From an uncultured Bacilli bacterium (GTDB taxonomy: Bacteria; Bacillota_I; Bacilli_A; RF39; UBA660): DNA of 64,000 nt. Position 1 is the stretch's first letter. The number at the start of each line of letters is the position of its first letter. Positions 26,469-35,033 of this stretch are shown here, piece after piece. Position numbers and translations under genes: made by a program. The stretch is from positions 1,297-65,296 of the forward strand of contig CAKPDJ010000002.1 of NCBI GenBank assembly GCA_934148875.1, in the 5' to 3' direction. The notes below the pieces were generated by a model. It ran no database searches, was not told the DNA's origin, and saw only the letters and a list, made by a program, of their open reading frames with translations.

Positions 26469-26495
26469 GGCAACTCTTATTGAGTTGCCTTTTTT
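26469..26495 (+). terminator. Rho-independent terminator
   Basis: GGCAACTC-TTATT-GAGTTGCC followed by T6. Confidence 0.85.
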
Positions 26496-26558
26496 AGTTT
26501 AACTTACCTAGTATCAATTAATCGTCTTTGGATAACCTAATACCAAGGAGATGATACT

Positions 26559-26978
26559 ATGAAAAAATCTACACATTTAACTATTGGATGTATACTGACT
26601 TACTTTCTATATACTCTTAACTTCGGGTGGCTAAGTTGTTTAGTAGGACTTTATGGAAGCGTAGCACCAGATATAGATTTAAAATTACATATAAGGCATA
26701 GAACTATTACACACTCTATAATAGCCTTAATACTAACCACAGTGCCTTTATATTTGTTTTCAGATACTTTAGGTATAGTTTGGTTGTTGAATTATTCAAG
26801 CCATCTTATAGCTGATTCTATAACTAAAATGGGCGTGCCTTATTTTTATCCATATAAAAAATACTTTGGCCTTAAATTAATTAGGACAAGCTCTAAGGAA
26901 GAACATATTTTTTGTTTAATATTAATTGCTCTATTTTCTTTATATATATTAAATAAATATTTTTATAAAATTTTTTAA
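26559..26978 (+). CDS. YdjM/DUF457-like membrane-bound metal-dependent hydrolase
   Basis: SD CAAGGAG. Motifs THLTIG, GSVAPDIDL, RHRTITHS and SHLIADSITKMGVP, with several TM segments. Confidence 0.65.
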   Translation: MKKSTHLTIGCILTYFLYTLNFGWLSCLVGLYGSVAPDIDLKLHIRHRTITHSIIALILTTVPLYLFSDTLGIVWLLNYSSHLIADSITKMGVPYFYPYKKYFGLKLIRTSSKEEHIFCLILIALFSLYILNKYFYKIF

Positions 26979-26980
26979 AC

Positions 26981-27012
26981 TATTGGTACTAAAAAGTACA
27001 AAAGTACATATA
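26981..27012 (+). promoter_or_regulatory. Promoter-like element copy (GGTACT-N16-CATATA)
   Basis: TATTGGTACTAAAAAGTACAAAAGTACATATA. Contains the GTACT-AAAA-AGTAC palindrome. Confidence 0.55.
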
Positions 27013-27067
27013 GATATAATATATAAATTTAAACGTAAGAAAAAACATGAGAAAGGAGCAGGTCGAT

Positions 27068-27469
27068 ATGACCAAAACGATATTAATATTAGGAGCAACT
27101 TTTTCTATTGGCAGAATTGCATTCTACTATGTAAGTTTAAAGCTAAAAGAAAAGGTAAAAGGTAAAAAAAGAAATTACGCAGAAGATATAATTAATAAAC
27201 AATTCATTCCAACAGCATTGAATGAAGGAGAAAAAGAAGAATTAGATACATTTAAAAAATCTTTTAGTTATTTATTAAAGCATAAAAAAATAACTAGAAG
27301 TGAAATACTAAAGGTAAGAGATTACATTAGAAAAAATGTTAAATATCCTAAGAAACAATTTAACAATGATGCACATGAAATATTTAGCGCTTGTTGTCAT
27401 GGTCAATGGGAGCCTTACTGCATACAACAACTAAATAATTATTTACAAAAGATAGAAGATAGAATTTAA
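27068..27469 (+). CDS. Membrane-anchored hypothetical protein (133 aa)
   Basis: The ATG at 27068 has SD GAAAGGAG. N-terminal TM TILILGATFSIGRIAFYYV. Confidence 0.55.
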   Translation: MTKTILILGATFSIGRIAFYYVSLKLKEKVKGKKRNYAEDIINKQFIPTALNEGEKEELDTFKKSFSYLLKHKKITRSEILKVRDYIRKNVKYPKKQFNNDAHEIFSACCHGQWEPYCIQQLNNYLQKIEDRI

Positions 27470-27480
27470 GGAGAACATAT

Positions 27481-27648
27481 ATGATAAAAACATTTAAGGA
27501 ATTTATACAAGATTATAATGAATATTATCAAACCAACTTATTGGCTATATATACTAATACTAATGAATTGCCAGAAGTAATGTTTGACCTATATAATACA
27601 GATGATTTTGAAATAAATTATGATGAAGAAACAATTGAATTATTTTAA
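27481..27648 (+). CDS. Hypothetical acidic protein (55 aa; not in the ORF track)
   Basis: SD TAAGGAGAA, 8 nt before the ATG. Confidence 0.45.
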   Translation: MIKTFKEFIQDYNEYYQTNLLAIYTNTNELPEVMFDLYNTDDFEINYDEETIELF

Positions 27649-27658
27649 GGAGACACAA

Positions 27659-27823
27659 ATGAAAATAACACCAGGAACTATTAAAAAACTATATAAATAT
27701 AATTACAGAAAAGGTCTTACTACCAGCAAAGCAATAAATATTCTAAATAGAATAGATAATAATTACAGCACTGAAAGCTGGAACTGCAAAGATTTATTAG
27801 AAGCAATAAAAGATGTAATGTAA
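27659..27823 (+). CDS. Hypothetical protein (54 aa)
   Basis: The internal ATG of the track ORF has SD TAAGGAGAC. Confidence 0.45.
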   Translation: MKITPGTIKKLYKYNYRKGLTTSKAINILNRIDNNYSTESWNCKDLLEAIKDVM

Positions 27824-27839
27824 AAAAGGAGATGTACTT

Positions 27840-28091
27840 ATGAAAGAAAAGTTATATACTATTAAATCCTATGCTTTATTTTATATATATAATATAGCAA
27901 AGCTTACAGCATTAACACTTGCAGGAATAGGAATGTATGTTTATTCTTATTTCATAACAAGTGAAGTTTTAAAAGCTGCTTTAGGATTAATTACTATTTA
28001 TCTAATAGTCCCTAACATACTTATTTCTTACTTCCAATTTGGGAATATAGAATCAATATGTAGGCACTATAAAAAGAAAAAACTTTCTTAA
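27840..28091 (+). CDS. Two-TM membrane protein (83 aa)
   Basis: SD AAAGGAGA, with hydrophobic segments. Confidence 0.5.
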   Translation: MKEKLYTIKSYALFYIYNIAKLTALTLAGIGMYVYSYFITSEVLKAALGLITIYLIVPNILISYFQFGNIESICRHYKKKKLS

Positions 28092-28112
28092 GAGCTTCGG
28101 CTCTTTCTTTTT
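28091..28112 (+). terminator. Rho-independent terminator
   Basis: AGAGC-TTCG-GCTCT followed by a T-rich run. Confidence 0.7.
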
Positions 28113-28182
28113 AAAAAATTTATATATTTTATTCTAAAATATTGTATTAATTTTAGTAAAGAAGTATATAATAATAAAAAGT

Positions 28183-28210
28183 GGTACTTTTAGTACTAAA
28201 TAGATTATAT
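28183..28210 (+). promoter_or_regulatory. Promoter-like element copy (GGTACT-TTT-AGTACT; N16 TTATAT)
   Basis: GTGGTACTTTTAGTACTAAATAGATTATAT. The half-sites form an inverted repeat. Confidence 0.45.
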
Positions 28211-28227
28211 AAAACCAAATTTTTTTA

Positions 28228-28255
28228 TTGATTAATACACTAATTAGTGTATAAT
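28228..28255 (+). promoter_or_regulatory. SigmaA-like promoter with a palindromic operator in the spacer
   Basis: TTGATT-N16-TATAAT. The perfect 14-bp palindrome ACACTAATTAGTGT (28237-28250) fills the spacer. The SD of 28277 follows. Confidence 0.55.
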
Positions 28256-28276
28256 AAAATTAAAGGAGATGTTTAT

Positions 28277-29383
28277 ATGTTATATAGTGGTACATTTAGT
28301 TGTGGTCACGAAGGGAAAGTAAATATTATAGGTAAGGCAAAGGATAGAGAATGGAAAATAGAAAGAGCATTCTCTAATATGTGCCCTGACTGTTATAAAA
28401 AATGGTTAGAAGAAGAACATCAAAGAAAAAATAAAGAAGCAATGGAAGAAGCTAAAGAAATGGATTTACCAGAATTAACTGGTACAGAAAAACAAATAGC
28501 TTGGGCAAATACATTAAGAAAAAAATTCATTGATACAGTAGAAGATAGAATAGAATCTTTAAAAACAAAAAATGCACCAAAGAAAACTAAAAGATATCAA
28601 GAAACTTTAGATCATATTCTTCTAACTAAAACAGAAGCTAAATATTACATTGATAACAGATACCAACTTGTAGAAGATGTAATAGATAGTTTTAAAGAAG
28701 AATATAAAAAAGGCTTCCAAGAAGATATTGAAGAACAAGAAGTTTTAATAGAAGATACAATTAGACCAGAAGATAGTAAACCAGGTGTTGTAGAAATTTT
28801 AGAAACTGAAGATAAATTAATTTGTAAATATGAAAAGAATGAAGAATTTAGAACTCTTGTTAAAAGTTTAGGCTACAAATGGAATAACCAGTGGGAACGC
28901 ACAATAACAGAAACTAATGGTCCTATTGAAGATAGAATAGCAGAATTAGGGAATAAACTATTAAATGCAGGATTTGCAGTATGTATACATGACAAAAAGT
29001 TAAGAGAAAAAGCAGGAAAAGCAGATTATGAACCTGAATGTACTAGATGGATAAAACTTGTAGAAGAAAGTTTTTATATTACATGGAGCGAGCATAGCGA
29101 CAGTTTATATGCAGCAGCTAAAAAACTTCCTGGTGCTAAGTGGCATAATCGTGGAATGTGGGTTAAACTTTCTTATTATTCAGAAGTAGAAGATTTTGCA
29201 GAACAATTAGGATTTAAATTTACTACAAAAGCTCTAAGATATAAAGAAGATTATAAGCAACAATTTAACAATACAGAAATAGTTATTCCAGAAAAATCTA
29301 AACAAAAACAAGAAAAGAATGGACTACAGGATATTTTAAATTCAAGTACCGATATCCTAGATGACTTAAAAGAATGCGATTAA
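28277..29383 (+). CDS. Zinc-ribbon protein with repeated C-terminal modules; first gene of the SNF2 operon
   Basis: The ATG at 28277 has SD TAAAGGAGA. Cys/His motif SCGHEG...CPDCYKKW, motif TEKQIAWANTLRKKF, and repeats LGYKWNNQWERT / LPGAKWHNRGMWV. Confidence 0.6.
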   Translation: MLYSGTFSCGHEGKVNIIGKAKDREWKIERAFSNMCPDCYKKWLEEEHQRKNKEAMEEAKEMDLPELTGTEKQIAWANTLRKKFIDTVEDRIESLKTKNAPKKTKRYQETLDHILLTKTEAKYYIDNRYQLVEDVIDSFKEEYKKGFQEDIEEQEVLIEDTIRPEDSKPGVVEILETEDKLICKYEKNEEFRTLVKSLGYKWNNQWERTITETNGPIEDRIAELGNKLLNAGFAVCIHDKKLREKAGKADYEPECTRWIKLVEESFYITWSEHSDSLYAAAKKLPGAKWHNRGMWVKLSYYSEVEDFAEQLGFKFTTKALRYKEDYKQQFNNTEIVIPEKSKQKQEKNGLQDILNSSTDILDDLKECD

Positions 29384-30810
29384 TTACAGAAATGTACTCT
29401 CACCAAATAAAAGCCGTAGAGAAATTAAAAAGAATAAAAATAGGAGCTGCTTATATGGAGATGGGTACAGGAAAGACAAGAGTTGCATTAGATCTTATAA
29501 ACATAAGACTACAAAAAGACAGGATAGACCATGTAATATGGCTCTGTCCTTGTTCTGTAAAAGAAAACTTAAAAAGAGATATTATTAAACATACTGGAGA
29601 AGAACAAGAATGCATAACCATATGTGGTATAGAAACACTATCTTCTAGTATAAAAGCTAATTCTTATTTATTAGATTTAGTAAAAAACAAAAGATGTTAC
29701 TTAATCGTAGATGAAAGTAATTTGGTTAAAAACCATAAAGCTAAGAGAAGCCAAAATATAATCAGATTAGCTCAATATTGTACCTATAAACTTATATTAA
29801 ATGGTACTCCAGTAACAAAAAATGAAGCAGATTTATTTACTCAATGGTACATCTTAGACTGGAGGGTACTAGGATATAAATCTTATTGGTCATTTTCTGC
29901 TAATCATTTAGAATACGATGATAAAGGAAGAATAAGAAAATGCCTTAATGTAGACTACCTAGTCGAAAAAATAGGTCCTTATAGTTACCAAGTAAAAAAG
30001 GAAGAATGCTTAGATCTTCCTCCTAAAACTTATGAAAAAGTATATTACGAATTAACAAATGAACAATATGAACATTATCTTAATGTTGCTGATGAGCTTA
30101 TGTTTTCTCTAAATGAATTTAAGCCATGGACCATCTACAGAATGTTAACAGCATTGCAAGATGTAATAAGTGGTATGTTAGTAAACACATCTAAAGATAA
30201 CATACAAACAAGTCCATATTTCGATAATCCACTAGATAATCCAAGAATAAAAACATTAATGGAACTATTAGATGGATTAGAAGAAAAGACAATTATATTT
30301 TGTAAATATCAAAGTGAAATAGAGGATATTACAAATATAATTAATTCTAAATATGGTAAAGATACAGCAGTACCCTTTACAGGAGACTTAACACAAAAGA
30401 AGAGACAAAATAATTTAGATTTATTTCAAACTACTTCACAGTATTTAGTAGCTAATAAACAATGTGGAGCATATGGACTCAACCTGCAATTCTGCAGTTA
30501 CATTATTTTTTACAGCAATGATTGGAACTATGGAACAAGATCACAAGCAGAAGATAGAGTGCATAGAATAGGCCAAACAGAAAATGTGCATATAGTAGAT
30601 ATATGTGCAGCAGATACATTAGATGAAAGAATATTAAAATGCTTAGATAAAAAAGAAAATCTAGTAGACAGCATAAGAGAAGAGATAGAAAAAAATAAAG
30701 ATAAAGAAGATAAATTGTATTCTTGGATAACTAAAAAGGATTGGAGAAAAAGAAAATATTCACTAAAGATAAAAAATAAAGATAAGGAGGATTTATATGA
30801 AAACTTATAA
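29374..30810 (+). CDS. SNF2-family helicase/translocase
   Basis: Motifs MEMGTGKTRVAL (I), LIVDESNLVKN (II), LILNGTPVTKN (III) and SQAEDRVHRIGQ (VI). Overlaps both neighbouring genes. Confidence 0.85.
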   Translation: MRLITEMYSHQIKAVEKLKRIKIGAAYMEMGTGKTRVALDLINIRLQKDRIDHVIWLCPCSVKENLKRDIIKHTGEEQECITICGIETLSSSIKANSYLLDLVKNKRCYLIVDESNLVKNHKAKRSQNIIRLAQYCTYKLILNGTPVTKNEADLFTQWYILDWRVLGYKSYWSFSANHLEYDDKGRIRKCLNVDYLVEKIGPYSYQVKKEECLDLPPKTYEKVYYELTNEQYEHYLNVADELMFSLNEFKPWTIYRMLTALQDVISGMLVNTSKDNIQTSPYFDNPLDNPRIKTLMELLDGLEEKTIIFCKYQSEIEDITNIINSKYGKDTAVPFTGDLTQKKRQNNLDLFQTTSQYLVANKQCGAYGLNLQFCSYIIFYSNDWNYGTRSQAEDRVHRIGQTENVHIVDICAADTLDERILKCLDKKENLVDSIREEIEKNKDKEDKLYSWITKKDWRKRKYSLKIKNKDKEDLYENL

Positions 30811-32101
30811 TAATAAAGATGTCTATACAGCAGCTAAAGAAAGAATAGAATATATATTTGATGAATTTGAACATATATGTATTTCTTTTTCTGGTGGTAA
30901 GGATAGTGGAACAGTCCTTAATATGTGTATAGACGAAGCAAGAAAAAGAAAAAGGAAAATAGGAGTACTCTTTATAGACTTAGAAGCATTCTATAAAAAG
31001 ACAATAGAATTTGTTGAAAGAATGCTAGAAAACAATAAAGATGTATTAGAACCTTATTGGATATGCTTACCTATGGAAAGTCCAAACTCACTATCTTATT
31101 TAGAGCCTACATGGATATGGTGGGATAAAGAAAAAGAACCTATATGGGTAAGACCTATGCCTAAGAAGGAATATGTAATAAACGAAGAAAATAACCCGCT
31201 AGGTTTCTATAAAAAAAATATGCCGTTTGAAGAATTTATTAAACACTTCGGGAACTGGTATGGAAAAGGTGAAAAGACTGCAACATTAGTTGGAATAAGA
31301 ACAGATGAAAGTCTTAACCGTTTTAGAGCCATAGCTGGTACTAAATCTATGTATAAGGATAAAAACTATTCAACTAAAGTAACTGAAAATGTATATAATT
31401 TTTATCCAATATATGATTGGAGTGTAGAAGATATATGGACTTACAACGGAAAGTTCCAAAAAGATTACAATAAGCTTTATGATCTATTTTATAAGGCTGG
31501 TGTAAGTATACACAAGATGAGAGTCGATGAACCATTTGGAAACGAGGCTAAAGCTGGTTTAAGCATGTTTAGAGTAATAGAACCAGATACATGGGCAAAG
31601 GTTGTTAATAGAGTAAGTGGAGCAAACTTTGGTAATATTTATAGTGGAAATAAAATTATGACCGCACACTATAAATTGCCTAAAAACCACACATGGAAAA
31701 GTTTCACCTTCTTCTTATTAGATACCTTACCACCAGAAATATCAGAACATTATAAAATAAAGTTCAGCAAGTTTATAAAATACTGGGTAGAAAAAGGGTG
31801 CCCTGTAACAGAAGAGCACATAAAGATAATGGAAGAAACTTGTCCTGATGCCATTATAAATACCCATGAGTTTAGTAGAAGAGGAAAAGGAGATAAAGAG
31901 GTTATTAAATTCACTAAAGTAGTAGATGAAATACCTGGAGTAGATAATAAAGATGATGTACTTACATGGAGAAGAATGGCCATGTGTATTATAAAAAATG
32001 ATTATACATGTAAGAGTTTAAGTTTTGGAATGACTAAAGACCTTACAGTAAGACAAAAAGCAATAATGGAAAAATATAAAAATATAATAAGGGGAAGATA
32101 A
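30797..32101 (+). CDS. PP-loop ATP pyrophosphatase of the PAPS-reductase superfamily with a long C-terminal extension (IbrA/DUF3440-like architecture)
   Basis: SD TAAGGAGG. PP-loop ICISFSGGKDSGTV. 434 aa, with ~200 aa beyond the PP-loop domain. Confidence 0.75.
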   Translation: MKTYNNKDVYTAAKERIEYIFDEFEHICISFSGGKDSGTVLNMCIDEARKRKRKIGVLFIDLEAFYKKTIEFVERMLENNKDVLEPYWICLPMESPNSLSYLEPTWIWWDKEKEPIWVRPMPKKEYVINEENNPLGFYKKNMPFEEFIKHFGNWYGKGEKTATLVGIRTDESLNRFRAIAGTKSMYKDKNYSTKVTENVYNFYPIYDWSVEDIWTYNGKFQKDYNKLYDLFYKAGVSIHKMRVDEPFGNEAKAGLSMFRVIEPDTWAKVVNRVSGANFGNIYSGNKIMTAHYKLPKNHTWKSFTFFLLDTLPPEISEHYKIKFSKFIKYWVEKGCPVTEEHIKIMEETCPDAIINTHEFSRRGKGDKEVIKFTKVVDEIPGVDNKDDVLTWRRMAMCIIKNDYTCKSLSFGMTKDLTVRQKAIMEKYKNIIRGR

Positions 32102-32102
32102 T

Positions 32103-32723
32103 ATGAATACAAATATAATAGAACTATTATTACAACTAAAGAAAGAGTTTAATTCTATAGATAATATAGAGGAAAAAGTACAAATGTTAAATTTAATAAA
32201 AAATAACTTAAAAGAAATATCACCTTTTATGGATCCAGTCGATAACGTTAAATGGATACCAATGAATAAAATCAAAGCTAACTCTTATAATCCTAATAGA
32301 GTGGCTGGACCAGAAATGAAATTACTATATGATTCTATAAAATGTGATGGATACACACAACCTATAGTTGTATCCAAACAAGATGATGGAACTTATGAAG
32401 TAGTAGATGGTTTCCATAGAAATAGGATAGGTAAAGAACATGAAGATATAAAAGATAGAGTACATGGATATCTTCCAGTCGTTGAACTGGATAAAGATAC
32501 GAGCGATAGAATGGCATCAACAATCCGTCACAATAGAGCAAGAGGTAGTCACGACGTAGATCTTATGAGTAACATCGTAGCAGAGTTACATGAAATGGGA
32601 AAGACAGATAGATGGATATCTAAACATTTAGGAATGGATTTAGATGAAATAATAAGATTAAAACAAATAACTGGTTTAGCATCTCTATTTGCTGATAGAG
32701 ATTTTAGTAGGAGTTGGGAATAG
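32103..32723 (+). CDS. ParB/sulfiredoxin-fold protein (IbrB-like)
   Basis: SD TAAGGGGAAG. ParB-N motifs IKANSYNPNRV...LLYDSIKCDGYTQPIVV...VVDGFHRNRIG...TIRHNRARG. Confidence 0.75.
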   Translation: MNTNIIELLLQLKKEFNSIDNIEEKVQMLNLIKNNLKEISPFMDPVDNVKWIPMNKIKANSYNPNRVAGPEMKLLYDSIKCDGYTQPIVVSKQDDGTYEVVDGFHRNRIGKEHEDIKDRVHGYLPVVELDKDTSDRMASTIRHNRARGSHDVDLMSNIVAELHEMGKTDRWISKHLGMDLDEIIRLKQITGLASLFADRDFSRSWE

Positions 32724-32899
32724 TGTTTTTAGAAGAGGTTATAACAGTCAAAGAAGCTGCAATTTTATATAAAAAAGATATAAGTACTATTAAGCGTAAC
32801 ATTTATAAAAATTTTAAAGAGGGCATAGATTATCGTTATAGTGGTGCTACAATACTAATAAATAAAAAATCTTTAGACAATTTTTATAGAGCCAAATAA
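32723..32899 (+). CDS. Small HTH (excisionase/MerR-like) protein
   Basis: The GTG at 32723 overlaps the upstream TAG, 10 nt after AGGAG. Sequence ITVKEAAILYKKDISTIKRNIYK. Confidence 0.45.
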   Translation: MFLEEVITVKEAAILYKKDISTIKRNIYKNFKEGIDYRYSGATILINKKSLDNFYRAK

Positions 32900-32911
32900 G
32901 GCTCTTTTTTT
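32888..32911 (+). terminator. Rho-independent terminator
   Basis: AGAGCC-AAATAA-GGCTCT followed by T7. Confidence 0.85.
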
Positions 32912-32985
32912 ATATAGAAATAAAGTGCCAAGAAAAAATCTTAGCACTTTTTTTACTTTTTTTAATAAAAGTATAGAAATATGTA

Positions 32986-33128
32986 GTTTTTAGTAGTATA
33001 CTAAAAACGAATTAAATATAATTTGTATCAATAAATTAAGTTTGCCGACTTAATTTATTTAGAAACTAACAGGTATACACAGAATACCCACTAGTAGCAC
33101 ATTTATATTTTAATTATAATATAAATGT
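32986..33128. repeat. Cluster of three perfect inverted repeats plus a TAACAGGTAT site (origin/regulatory candidate)
   Basis: GTTTTTAGTA-gta-TACTAAAAAC (32986-33008). AATAAATTAAGT-N6-ACTTAATTTATT (33030-33059). ACATTTATAT-N10-ATATAAATGT (33099-33128). TAACAGGTAT at 33067. Confidence 0.5.
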
Positions 33129-33162
33129 CGAAATGTGTAAAGAGATAATTATAAAAATTTAT

Positions 33163-33200
33163 AAAAAATCTCCAGGTATGAATTACCTGGAGATTTTTTT
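33163..33200 (+). terminator. Strong symmetric (A-run/T-run) terminator hairpin
   Basis: AAAAAATCTCCAGGTA-TGAAT-TACCTGGAGATTTTTT. Confidence 0.8.
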
Positions 33201-33273
33201 ACGTTATTGAATGAATAATTTTCAGATAATAGGATAACATAAATTTATGTACAAAATTTTATAGGAGGAAAAA

Positions 33274-33597
33274 ATGAGAGCGTATAAGAATGAATTCAGC
33301 GAAGAAGTCAAAATGATTTTTAATAGCACTGAATATTCAGATAAAAAAATAAAAATTTATATGGCTATTTATCAAAAGCTAATAAAATACATGGATAATT
33401 CTACAAGACAAGTAACTAGAAAGTCTTGTGAAATATACCAATTAATAAAAATGGACTGGGAAAATAATCAAAACAGAAAATGCTTTGGTTATGATTACTT
33501 CAAAAAAATAATTAAGGATTTAGAAAGACTAGGACTTATACTATTGACAAAAGTTGGTAAGTATCAAAAAGTTTTTATTTTAAAAATAATTTATTAA
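33274..33597 (+). CDS. wHTH-like protein, short paralogue of 33643..34398
   Basis: SD ATAGGAGG. About 90 aa are alignable with the next gene (KKIKIYMAIYQKLIKYMDNSTRQV... against NKIKKYLAVYSKLIKYMDAESRAV...). Confidence 0.6.
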   Translation: MRAYKNEFSEEVKMIFNSTEYSDKKIKIYMAIYQKLIKYMDNSTRQVTRKSCEIYQLIKMDWENNQNRKCFGYDYFKKIIKDLERLGLILLTKVGKYQKVFILKIIY

Positions 33598-33642
33598 CTT
33601 TATATAAATATAAACTATTTACAATTTTTCAGGAGGAAAACT

Positions 33643-34398
33643 ATGGAATATACTAAAGTATATCCAAATAAAATAGATAAAAAAGTTAAAGCTATTTTAA
33701 ATATGACTGGATATAAAGAGAATAAAATAAAAAAATATCTTGCTGTATATAGTAAGCTAATAAAATACATGGATGCTGAAAGTCGAGCTGTTGAAAGATC
33801 ATCTGCTGAAATATATAAATTAATAAAATATGACTGGGAATATAATCAATGTAAAAAATGTTTTAGCTATTCTTACTTTAAAGAAATAATACAAGATTTA
33901 GCAAATTTAGGACTTTTAATATTAAAAAAATCTAGTAAGTATCAACTAATTTTTATTCAAAAAGTGTCCAATATTGTGGCCAAAGAAAAAACCCCTAAAC
34001 ACCTTAAAAATACAAGCTTAGAGGGCAATTCAAATTTTTTGTCCCATTTATCCAATAAAAATTATAATACTAATACTTTATTACAGAAAATAAAAAGTCT
34101 TTATAAAGGAATTAGAAAAGTAAAATATGCAACTAAGAAAGAATTAAAAGATATAGCAATAGCATCTATGGTTAACTATAAAGTAACTGATCCAGAATTA
34201 CAGAACTTAATTCTTAATAAAGTTCATAACTCTAAACAAAAGATAAATATACAAGGTGCAGTAGACTATATAGATACCATTGTAGTAGAAAAATTAATAG
34301 AGTTTGACTGCAAAAAAACAGGGGGAACCTTTAAGTATCAAGACCCTGTAGAAGATAAGCTAGAAGAAGATTTATTGGCATGGTATCAAACATGTTAA
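33643..34398 (+). CDS. wHTH-like protein, candidate replication initiator or regulator
   Basis: SD TCAGGAGG. The N-terminal domain is paralogous to 33274..33597, and there is an extra 150-aa C-terminal part. Confidence 0.55.
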   Translation: MEYTKVYPNKIDKKVKAILNMTGYKENKIKKYLAVYSKLIKYMDAESRAVERSSAEIYKLIKYDWEYNQCKKCFSYSYFKEIIQDLANLGLLILKKSSKYQLIFIQKVSNIVAKEKTPKHLKNTSLEGNSNFLSHLSNKNYNTNTLLQKIKSLYKGIRKVKYATKKELKDIAIASMVNYKVTDPELQNLILNKVHNSKQKINIQGAVDYIDTIVVEKLIEFDCKKTGGTFKYQDPVEDKLEEDLLAWYQTC

Positions 34399-35033
34399 AG
34401 TTATTTAACAAATTAAAATATAAATATGATTTATTCACTGCATTTAGTGACTTTTTAGAGGTAAGTGCTATAGCTATAAGTAATGCTGTATCCTTTAATC
34501 AAGAGAAAGAAAATAGGTATTTTCAAATTAAAAAGAAATACACCAAAGAAGACTTTGAAATATTTACACAGCTACTAGCAAAGCTATGTGAAGAACTAGA
34601 GAAAAACTATAATGATGTACTAGGACAGCTATATATGGAACTAGGACTAGGTAGTAAATGGCATGGCCAATTCTTTACGCCTTATCACGTATGTAAATTA
34701 ACAGCATCCTTAACTTCTGATAACATGGATGATATAATAAAGCAAAAAGGATATATAACGCTTAATGAACCATGCGCAGGGGGAGGGGCTATGGTCATTG
34801 CCTATGCGGAGATAATGAAAGATAAAGGCTATAATCCACAAAAACAGCTACTTGTAATAGCTCAAGATCTAGACATTAAAGCAGTACATATGTCCTATAT
34901 ACAATTAAGTTTACTAGGCATACCAGCAGTAGTGTATCACATGAATACATTAAGTCTAGAAACTTATAGTGAATGGAAAACACCATTCTGGATAATAAAC
35001 AATGGAGATAGAAGGTGGAGAGATGAGACTTAG
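34380..35033 (+). CDS. N6-adenine-MTase-like SAM-binding protein lacking the (D/N)PP(Y/F) catalytic motif
   Basis: Motif X-like GQFFTPYHVCKL and motif I LNEPCAGGGAM. The protein ends ~20 aa before the point where NPPF/Y would be expected. An alternative start is ATG 34392. Confidence 0.6.
   Translation: MVSNMLKLFNKLKYKYDLFTAFSDFLEVSAIAISNAVSFNQEKENRYFQIKKKYTKEDFEIFTQLLAKLCEELEKNYNDVLGQLYMELGLGSKWHGQFFTPYHVCKLTASLTSDNMDDIIKQKGYITLNEPCAGGGAMVIAYAEIMKDKGYNPQKQLLVIAQDLDIKAVHMSYIQLSLLGIPAVVYHMNTLSLETYSEWKTPFWIINNGDRRWRDET

Noticed and set aside
26983-27165. Track ORF of 60 aa (MVLKSTKVHIDIIYKFKRKKK...).
   Set aside because: It starts inside the GGTACT promoter-like element, has no SD, and overlaps out of frame the better-supported 27068..27469 gene.
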